This document shows positions 62,066-64,000 of a DNA stretch of 64,000 nt, piece after piece (the stretch's first letter is position 1; each line of letters begins with the position of its first letter). The DNA is from an uncultured Candidatus Rokubacteria bacterium (GTDB lineage Bacteria > Methylomirabilota > Methylomirabilia > Rokubacteriales > CSP1-6). A program made the position numbers and the translations under genes. The notes beneath the pieces are model-generated. The model had not been told where the DNA came from. It saw only the letters and a list, made by a program, of their open reading frames with translations, and ran no database searches. The stretch covers positions 384,001 through 448,000 of the forward strand of contig CAVWFS010000007.1 of the NCBI GenBank assembly GCA_963754315.1, in the 5' to 3' direction.

Positions 62066-64000
62066 ATGGGGCGGCTGATTTTGACACTCCTGGGCGGCTT
62101 TAGAGCGCGCCTCGACTCGGGCATCCCGCTCGCCCTCCCCACTCGGAAAGCGCAGGCCCTTCTGGCCTATCTCGCGGTACCCGCCGGGTCGGCCCACCCC
62201 AGAGACAAGCTGGCGAGCCTGCTCTGGGGTAACACGATCGAGACCACCGCGCGGACAAGCCTCAGGCAGACGCTCTATGCGCTCCGCAAGAGCCTGCATC
62301 ACGCCGATCCTCAGCCCCTAGTGGTGGACGGCGAGACGGCCGCTCTGGATTCGAGCGCGGTGACAGTGGACGTGCACGAGCTCGAGCTCCGGGCGGCCCA
62401 GACGACTCTGTCGGCGCTCGCCGAGGCGGCCACTCTCTACGAGGGGGATTTCCTCGACGGCCTCGCGGTGCAGGAGCAGCCGTTCGAGGACTGGCTGCTT
62501 GCCCACCGAGAACGACTTCGCGAGGTAGCTGTCAACGCGTTGTCCCGGCTGCTCGCTCACCAGCGCGCCGCCAGCTCACACGATTCCGCGGTTCAGACCG
62601 CGTTGCGACTGCTGCGGCTCGATCCACTCCAGGAGCCGGTCCACCGGGCCCTGATGCAGCTGTACGCTGAGACCGGGAGGCGGGGCTCGGCGCTGCGCCA
62701 GTATCAGTTCTGCGTGGCCACGCTCCAGCGCGAGCTTCGAACCGAGCCCGAGGCCGAGACGAAGGCGCTCTATCAGGAGATCCTGCGTCGCCGCGCCCAG
62801 GTGATGGTCGAGCAACCGAGTGAGCCGGCCCGGCCTACGACCGCTCGACCCGGGCCGGAGATCGCCGAGCCGCCGCCGGCCTGGGAACCGCCGCTAGTGG
62901 GTCGCGAGCGGGATCTGTCGCGTCTGACGGAGGCACTGAACGAAGCCTTCGCAGGACACGGGCGCCTGGCCGTTCTCATCGGGGAGGCGGGCGCGGGAAA
63001 GAGTCGCCTGGTGACCGAGCTGAGCGCCGCCGCCACCCGACGGCTGGCACGTGTCCTCATCGGGCGATGCTATGAGACGGAGCGGATCCTGCCCTTCGCG
63101 CCCTGGGTCAACGCCCTTCGGGCCGGCCGCGTGTTCGAGGACCGGGAGATCCTCGACACGCTCGAGCCCGGCTGGCGCGACGAGCTGCAACGGCTCCTGC
63201 CGGAGCTGTCGAGTCAGGCAGAGCCGCCCGCATCTCTTCCCGGGGGTGAGCTCGCGGCGCGCAGCGGGGGAGATCCTCGCTACCCGTTCGAGGCGATCAG
63301 CGAGCTGCTCAAACGCTTGACCCGCCGGCAGCCATTGCTCGTGGTCTTGGAGGACGTCCACTGGGCTGACGAGATGAGCGTCCGTCTCCTGGCCTTCCTC
63401 GGGCGCCGGTTGAACGAGCTCCCACTCCTGCTGGTGGCCACGGTCCGCGAGGAGGAGATGGCCGACGTCGGTCTCCTTCGACAGTCCCTCGACGAGCTTG
63501 ACGAGACCGGCGAGGTGATTCGGCTCCCGGTGCCTCCGCTCTCGCGCGCCGATACCACCGCACTCGTACAGGCCCTCGCTCCCCCCGGGCTCCCTGGCCA
63601 GCTGGTGTCGCACCTCGCCCTGGATGCGTGGCGCGTCAGCGACGGCAATGCGTTCGTGGTGGTGGAGGTGATGCATGCGCTGCGTGAGGGCCAGATACTT
63701 TCGAGAGAACCCCGCCTCCCTCTGCCGGCGCGGGTGCGCAAGCTCGTCCAGCAGCGCCTGGAGCGCCTCTCCGAGAGGGGCCGTCGCCTCGTCGCGGTGG
63801 CCGCCGTGATCGGCCGCCAGTTCGACTTCGCGCTTGTGCAACGGGCGGCGCAGATGTCCGAGCGCGAGGCGGCCGAGGGCGTCGAGGAGCTCGTCCGCCA
63901 CCGGATACTCCGCGGCGCGGGGGACGGACTGGAGTTCAGCCACGACCACATCCGGGAGGTTGCGACCAGTGAGCTTCCCCCACCGCTCTCGGTGGCGCTG
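62066..64000 (+). CDS. SARP/BTAD + AAA ATPase transcriptional regulator (runs off window)
   Basis: Manual translation: MGRLILTLLGGF...RKAQALLAYLA..RDKLASLLWG, DPLQEPVHRALM, GEAGAGKSRL and LEDVHWAD; absent from ORF track. Confidence 0.9.
   Translation, partial: MGRLILTLLGGFRARLDSGIPLALPTRKAQALLAYLAVPAGSAHPRDKLASLLWGNTIETTARTSLRQTLYALRKSLHHADPQPLVVDGETAALDSSAVTVDVHELELRAAQTTLSALAEAATLYEGDFLDGLAVQEQPFEDWLLAHRERLREVAVNALSRLLAHQRAASSHDSAVQTALRLLRLDPLQEPVHRALMQLYAETGRRGSALRQYQFCVATLQRELRTEPEAETKALYQEILRRRAQVMVEQPSEPARPTTARPGPEIAEPPPAWEPPLVGRERDLSRLTEALNEAFAGHGRLAVLIGEAGAGKSRLVTELSAAATRRLARVLIGRCYETERILPFAPWVNALRAGRVFEDREILDTLEPGWRDELQRLLPELSSQAEPPASLPGGELAARSGGDPRYPFEAISELLKRLTRRQPLLVVLEDVHWADEMSVRLLAFLGRRLNELPLLLVATVREEEMADVGLLRQSLDELDETGEVIRLPVPPLSRADTTALVQALAPPGLPGQLVSHLALDAWRVSDGNAFVVVEVMHALREGQILSREPRLPLPARVRKLVQQRLERLSERGRRLVAVAAVIGRQFDFALVQRAAQMSEREAAEGVEELVRHRILRGAGDGLEFSHDHIREVATSELPPPLSVAL

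Noticed and set aside
1..64000. CRISPR array, rRNA, intact tRNA, prophage or defence system; genome-wide UGA reassignment
   Set aside because: No repeat-spacer array or such genes seen; many normal genes end in TGA at their expected C-termini, so UGA read-through is site-specific

Overview
GC-rich (roughly 65-70%) bacterial DNA. Gene content and style resemble Candidatus Rokubacteria/Methylomirabilota, which is inference only. Many conserved genes carry single-base frameshifts, most likely uncorrected long-read errors. (1) 1-6.5 kb: nadE 5' end, a Dpp/Opp-type ABC transporter, and LOG, DMT and P-loop kinase genes. (2) 6.5-24.3 kb: a co-oriented phosphorus-scavenging cluster, phnC-E-D-G-H-I-J-K-L-M, phoX, phoB, pstSCAB, phoU, with four 11-bp-period Pho-box-like sites. 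(3) 24.4-51.7 kb: an accessory region of small regulators and enzymes, many gene remnants, an IS3 remnant and two attC-like sites, ending at a tRNA-Lys 3' fragment. (4) 52.2-55.3 kb: an out-of-place alaS-rpmF block flanked by heptamer repeats, possibly foreign or chimeric. (5) 55.3-64 kb: more accessory genes, ending in a BTAD-ATPase regulator. Highlights: two genes that the ORF track splits at an in-frame UGA located at a Cys position and followed exactly 14 nt later by a SECIS-like hairpin (a DedA-rhodanese with YCT-U-P and a TlpA-like redoxin with WASW-U-GC), i.e. candidate selenoproteins. Also a MarR-controlled four-module fusion (QueG/reductive-dehalogenase-like Fe-S domain + SCP2 + FNR + 2Fe-2S) that looks like a self-sufficient reductase for a lipophilic substrate.
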